From a virus (taxonomy: Duplodnaviria > Heunggongvirae > Uroviricota > Caudoviricetes), in IMG/VR virus record IMGVR_UViG_2728369554_000010, positions 1 through 30,451 of that record: a stretch of 30,451 bases of DNA; one strand, given 5' to 3'. The notes beneath the pieces are model-generated. The model did no database searches, was not told where the DNA came from, and saw only the letters and a program-made list of their open reading frames with translations. The translations under genes were made by a program, and so were the position numbers. Of the stretch, positions 26,279 through 30,451 are shown piece by piece (the stretch's first letter is position 1; the number at the start of each line of letters is the position of its first letter).

Positions 26279-26536
26279 ATGCGCAGACAGAAAGCGCGAT
26301 GTCATTGCTGCGGTGCACATGCAGTGATTGAGAAAACAGCCTGGAAAACCGATCAGTTTGCTGATGTGTATTACCGTTGCACCCGTCTCGAGTGCGGACA
26401 TACCTGGGTGATGAATCTGACCTACTCGCACACACTGGTGCCCAGCGGGCTGGAGAATGGTGTGTTAAAGCTGTTGATTGAGCGGATGCGTCCGGAAGAA
26501 AAACAAATGGCTCTGGAGTTGTTGCAGGCCGGATAG
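26279..26536 (+). CDS. ogr: Ogr/Delta-family zinc-finger late-gene transcriptional activator
   Basis: ORF 26210-26536; preferred start MRRQKARCHCCG at about 26279 with GGAGG 6 nt upstream; C-x2-C...C-x4-C zinc finger (RCHCCGAH...YRCTRLECGHTW); about 85 aa. Confidence 0.7.
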   Translation: MRRQKARCHCCGAHAVIEKTAWKTDQFADVYYRCTRLECGHTWVMNLTYSHTLVPSGLENGVLKLLIERMRPEEKQMALELLQAG

Positions 26537-26555
26537 CTGACGCGCTTCGCTTGTC

Positions 26556-26607
26556 CAACCCGGAACGGGCGCACAAAGAATTTGCGCACCCGTTCCGGGT
26601 TTTCTTA
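26556..26607. terminator. Long hairpin (AACCCGGAACGGG...CCCGTTCCGGGTT) with T-run between convergent ogr and rrf2-like genes
   Basis: About 13-bp near-perfect stem with nested inner stem, followed by TTTTCTTATT on the plus strand. Confidence 0.5.
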
Positions 26608-26964
26608 TTCAATGGCAGACAACTGATAATTTGTGTCTTCCTGCAGGCTGGTTAAAGAAATATTATCCAGTGCAGCCAGAATAACGTGCTGTGTATATAA
26701 TCCGGAACATTTCATTGCCCGGACAATATCACCAACACTGTAATTTTCTTTTGTCGGGATATATCCACCACCCGGGCCGCGTGTGGCTTTTACCAGGCTA
26801 CTTTCCCGTAAATATCTGAATATTTGCTCCAGATATGACAGTGAAACGGTTTCTTTGCTTAATTGCCGGAGCGAGATTGGCTTTCCGGTGTACTGTTTCA
26901 CAAATTTAATCATTACCATAACTGCAACTGATGCACGCTGGCTTCCGGAATTATCTTTCATCAT
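26605..26964 (-). CDS. Rrf2-family winged-helix transcriptional regulator (short form, no Fe-S cysteine cluster)
   Basis: ORF 26605-27030; preferred start MMKDNS at about 26964 with GGAAG upstream; VSLSYLEQIFRYLRESSLVKATRGPGGGY matches the Rrf2/IscR recognition-helix signature; about 119 aa. Confidence 0.6.
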   Translation of the reverse strand: MMKDNSGSQRASVAVMVMIKFVKQYTGKPISLRQLSKETVSLSYLEQIFRYLRESSLVKATRGPGGGYIPTKENYSVGDIVRAMKCSGLYTQHVILAALDNISLTSLQEDTNYQLSAIE

Positions 26965-26975
26965 GATTACTTCCA

Positions 26976-27263
26976 TTAATGGCATAAATTGATGGAGCGG
27001 GTCAGTGAATAAAGAGGCAATACATTCCATCCCTTAGAGCGCCAGCTGTCTGCAACATCTTTACTTCTTGTTATCGCCGGTATTCCAATAGGATTATTTG
27101 CGTGCATCCATGCCACTGGCTCTGCTTCCAGTGATGCAAGTGCGATTTCCAGTGCGATTAACATATTGTGATCGTCTTCATCAAGACCGAACGGGATGTC
27201 TTCGCGCCACGATTTAAACTCTGTGATTTTACGTTGTAACCATTCTTTGGTAATGGTGGACAT
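26976..27263 (-). CDS. Hypothetical protein (95 aa) in the par operon
   Basis: ORF 26976-27281; preferred start MSTITKEWLQ at about 27263 with AGGAG 5 nt upstream; 14 nt downstream of the parR-like stop. Confidence 0.4.
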   Translation of the reverse strand: MSTITKEWLQRKITEFKSWREDIPFGLDEDDHNMLIALEIALASLEAEPVAWMHANNPIGIPAITRSKDVADSWRSKGWNVLPLYSLTRSINLCH

Positions 27264-27277
27264 AGTTACTCCTGTTT

Positions 27278-27592
27278 TCACTTCGGGAAAAACGCCTGAA
27301 TATTCTTTTTCACCTGCTGCATATGGGGGGCGCTGTCTGCTGCTGGTTGCGCCGGTTTTTCAGGCTGTACTGGTAGCGGTGGCATCCGTATTTCGTCTTC
27401 TGACCATTCTGCCAGCGAATACGCCAACGCGGGGGTGCGTTTTATAAGAGCCAGTCCGGCCAGAAAAGCCGCGCGTTGTGCGCGGCTGCGTTCGGAGGCT
27501 GGCAGGCTGTCGAGGTAACTGCACGCCTCCCGTTCGCTCTTGACGACGGCGGGCTTCAGATAGAAACTTATCCGTCTGGTTGGTGTCGTCAT
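27278..27592 (-). CDS. parR: ParR-like centromere-binding partition protein
   Basis: ORF 27278-27721; preferred start MTTPTRR at about 27592 with AGGAG inside the parM 3' end; ISFYLKPAVVKSEREACSYLDSLPASERSRAQRAAFLAGLALIKRTP parallels plasmid R1 ParR as I recall it. Confidence 0.6.
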   Translation of the reverse strand: MTTPTRRISFYLKPAVVKSEREACSYLDSLPASERSRAQRAAFLAGLALIKRTPALAYSLAEWSEDEIRMPPLPVQPEKPAQPAADSAPHMQQVKKNIQAFFPK

Positions 27593-27596
27593 TGAT

Positions 27597-28556
27597 TTAC
27601 TCCTTGTCCATTGCGTACAGCCCATTAACCAGAGCAAACTGTGGCACCCCGTCCGCGATGAAAGTCGCATTAACTCCGCAGGCTTCGCGGATAGCGGGTG
27701 CCACAATCTCTGCCCCTCCACCTACAACCATCACCCGCCCGTAACCCGAAAAACCCGCCAGCGCGCGGATCACGCGTTGTTTCAGTGTTTCTTCCTTTTC
27801 ACGAATAACAGCCATCAGGCTGGCGTAATGTGCGTTATTGTGGATGTGCTGGCGCAGCCAGGCTTCATCGTGGCGATGTTCGATAATGGTATTGGCGATG
27901 TGGTGACTGGTGCGCATACCGTTAGTGGCCATTACCGACAGTACGGCATCGGCCATCAGGGAAACGCCTACGTGTGGATCGCAAAACACCTGGCTGATAC
28001 CTGCCAGTTGCCCCTGAACCTTTGCCACATCCAGCGTGGTTCCGCCCAAATCCACAATCAGCAGGGATTCAAACGGACTCATGTCAGCCAGTGCTTTAAA
28101 GCCAGCCGGAATGGATTCAGGCATAACCCGCACGTTACGGATAGTGAATGCCTCGCCGTTCTGGTACTCCACCGGGCGCATAACGTTCGCTTTTTTGCGG
28201 TTGATGTTGGCCATGTCCGGCTGTGCGTTTGTGTCGAAATACTCGCTCAGTGGCAGGGTGACAACCACATCCACCTCCTGTGGCGTGATGCCTGATTTGA
28301 CCAGCGCATGATGAATGGCAATGACATTCACATCGCTGTACTGGTATTGCGTGTCGGTCGTCTGGACAAAGCGATCGCTGACCGGATCAAAACCATAGCG
28401 CACGCCATCAAGCATGTAGTTCGCGGGCTGCGTGCCACCGAACGGCGCAGACCATTCTGACTTGAAGCTGTTCGGGCTGATGGCGTTGCGGCGTTCGCCG
28501 TTCTCAGTCCATGCCAGCTTGATGTTGGTGGATCCGTCGTCGATACAAATTTTCAT
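27597..28556 (-). CDS. parM: ParM/StbA-family actin-like plasmid segregation ATPase
   Basis: 319 aa; MKICIDDGSTNIKLAW...ISPNSFKSEW...YQYSDVNVIAIHHAL...LLIVDLGGTTLD...VMVVGGGAE parallels plasmid R1 ParM along its length (from memory). Confidence 0.8.
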   Translation of the reverse strand: MKICIDDGSTNIKLAWTENGERRNAISPNSFKSEWSAPFGGTQPANYMLDGVRYGFDPVSDRFVQTTDTQYQYSDVNVIAIHHALVKSGITPQEVDVVVTLPLSEYFDTNAQPDMANINRKKANVMRPVEYQNGEAFTIRNVRVMPESIPAGFKALADMSPFESLLIVDLGGTTLDVAKVQGQLAGISQVFCDPHVGVSLMADAVLSVMATNGMRTSHHIANTIIEHRHDEAWLRQHIHNNAHYASLMAVIREKEETLKQRVIRALAGFSGYGRVMVVGGGAEIVAPAIREACGVNATFIADGVPQFALVNGLYAMDKE

Positions 28557-28574
28557 GTCGCTTTTCCTTATGTT

Positions 28575-28700
28575 GATTAATTAATCGGTTACAGGATTTT
28601 TAAATCCCGTTTTCGCCTGTTTTGTGCGCGCTTCATATATCACGGCGCGTTTTTTGCTCATTTACGGGATTTGTGAATCCTGTTTTTGTCTGTTTTTTGT
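28575..28700. repeat. Centromere/operator-like repeats upstream of parM: GATTAATTAATC palindrome plus two about 38-bp direct repeats each with GGATTT-N3-AATCC
   Basis: Palindrome about 20 bp upstream of parM ATG; repeats TTACAGGATTTTTAAATCCCGTTTTCGCCTGTTTTGTG and TTACGGGATTTGTGAATCCTGTTTTTGTCTGTTTTTTGT about 73 bp apart, the second inside the 3' end of gene A. Confidence 0.4.
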
Positions 28701-30451
28701 TTCCACTGGTCAGGCCACCCCGCAGCAGGTCTGCTTTGCGGCGGGCGCGTTCAGTTGTTTCACTGATTCTCTGTGCGTGCTCTGCGTCACGGATGGCGCG
28801 CAGCATGTCAGAAAGCACGGTAACGGGGGTTTTCATGGTGTTCTGGTCCTGCTGAAGTGTGGATGCCAGGCGTGCGGCGGCTTCGGGGTCTGATGCCCCC
28901 AGCTGTTCCAGATAGCTGGCGACCGGGTTATGGCGGATCCCCGTGCTGCTTACGCCGTGATTACGGCTCAGGCGCTGCCAGAGCTGCGTGATTCGGCTGT
29001 CCGGGCTGGTATCCGGTTTGCGTACAATTTCAAATCCCTGCGGTGCAATGATGCTGCCGTCAACGTACAGGCTGCCGCCCCGTAACAGGTGCTGCATCTG
29101 CTGTTCACCGATATGCAGGCCGAGAGATTCAGCAGACTCCCGCCATTCTTTAGCGAGTAACTCGTGGTTATCAGGCAAAGGCTGTGGCTGTTTGCGGCTC
29201 TGTGTCCAGTTCTGCATTTCATCACTGCTGTTTTTTGCCTGTTTGTCACGCAGCGAACGCATCAGCGCCCGGCGTTCGTGCCGTTTCAGTGAGCGCATCC
29301 ATTCATTCACGTCAACGCTGTCAGGAAGCTGCGGCCACGGTGCTGGCCGTTCTTCCGGCTGTTCTGTCCCGTTGTTGTCCGTTTCCTGTACACGGGGACA
29401 GTTATTGCCACGAGTCCAAGGGGCGGCAGGGCCGCCCTGAAGGTCAAAACCATTTTCGCGGGCGCTGTCTTCCGTTTCCGGTTTACGTCTTACCAGCTTC
29501 CAGTTATCCGGATGCGTGCACACACGGGAGGATTCCCCGATGAGTGGCGACCAGATCCCGTAAATCTGTACGCTCTGTTCGCCGTAATCGTTCAGCTCAT
29601 CTGCGAGGTCGTAGGCGGTGCGAATCAGGTAGTCTTTGCGTGGAACAAGAACGCCGCCCTGTTTCTCTATGTAGGTGGCAAAACATCCGGCATCAGCGGC
29701 AGCAAGAACCGCATCCATTGCGTCATCCTTCAGCCGTTGCGGGCCTTCCGGGTTGCGTGCCATCTGGCTGGCAAGGCGGCGCAGTTCACGCCACACCTGA
29801 CGGGAGGGGATGNNNNNNNNNNNNNNNNNNNNNNNNNNNNNNNNNNNNNNNNNNGTGAAGGCGCGCCCAGCCGATAGCGCGCTCCACGCTCTCGGCCATT
29901 GATTTTCCGGTTTCATGGTCAACGCGTGGCTTGCCCGTTTTTGGGTCGATACCATCCACGGCGCGGCTGCTCAGGTTTTTTCCGATGTAGGTGGCGATGT
30001 AGCTGGTTGGCGTGCCTTTTGAGCCGTCGACGTACTCCGCTTTAAAACGCGGAGTTATGTCATCGCCCAGCTCGTGGCGGTCTTCCTGAATGGCAATATC
30101 GCGGGTGATGGCCACGATGCTGTCGATTTCTTCCGGATGAGCAAAGACCATCATATGCCAGTGCACAGTGCCGTCATGGTGAGGCTCCACCGTGCGGATG
30201 CCATACCAACGAAGGCCGTCGCGGTTCAGTTTTTTGCGGACCGCTGCAAAAAACGTGTTAACCAGGTAATCGCTGGAGTCGCGCATGGTGGCCCCGTTCC
30301 ATTTGGGATTCGGATGACCGTTCTCTGTTGTGGCATGGTATTTTGACGGGCAGGTGACAGTCAGAAACACCGCTCTGTCGCCACGGGCTTCGGCCAGAAG
30401 TTCCAGCCCCTTCATGGTGGCCATCATTTCTGCCTTACGGTGAACCGGGTT
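28633..30451 (-). CDS. A: Replication initiator gpA-like (rolling-circle, HUH-type), 5'-truncated by window edge and split by a gap
   Basis: Two ORF-track pieces (28633-29955, 29786-30427) in different frames across the N run; reading frame stays open to position 30451; contains GTVHWHMMVFA HUH-like motif. Confidence 0.65.
29813..29854. other. Assembly gap (42 N) inside gene A
   Basis: Run of N in the sequence; flanking A fragments are in different frames, so the true gap length is unknown. Confidence 0.95.

Noticed and set aside
1-30451. CRISPR arrays, tRNA or rRNA genes, IS elements, integrase
   Set aside because: No short direct-repeat/spacer arrays, no tRNA-like T-arm motifs in intergenic regions, no transposase- or integrase-like ORF in the window; the integrase presumably lies beyond the right edge.

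Overview
This window runs from a chromosomal core gene (flk, 1-996) through a small AT-rich accessory islet into a divergent P2-like myovirus prophage, all read from sequence and the ORF track without database searches. The islet (about 1000-3200) holds a zinc-ribbon membrane protein and a signal-peptide protein translationally coupled to a YafO-like toxin. A 590-bp intergenic region (3202-3789) with GATC-rich and TTTACG repeats is the likely prophage junction. The prophage minus-strand late cluster (3790-23204) encodes a spike-like protein, two tandem tail-fibre/chaperone modules, baseplate J/I-like proteins, tape measure, an E/E' frameshift chaperone pair, an embedded holin/endolysin cassette, tube- and sheath-like proteins, and head genes L, M, N, O. 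Divergent from O are terminase P, portal Q and an Ogr/Delta-type zinc-finger activator. The most unusual content is the cargo operon between ogr and replication gene A: a ParM/ParR actin-type plasmid partition module with centromere-like repeats, plus a 95-aa protein and a short Rrf2-family regulator. Gene A is truncated by the window edge and interrupted by a 42-N assembly gap. Coordinates I derived myself (internal starts, repeats, hairpins) are approximate to about 2 nt, because my position counts disagreed with the ORF track by 1 nt in at least two places.
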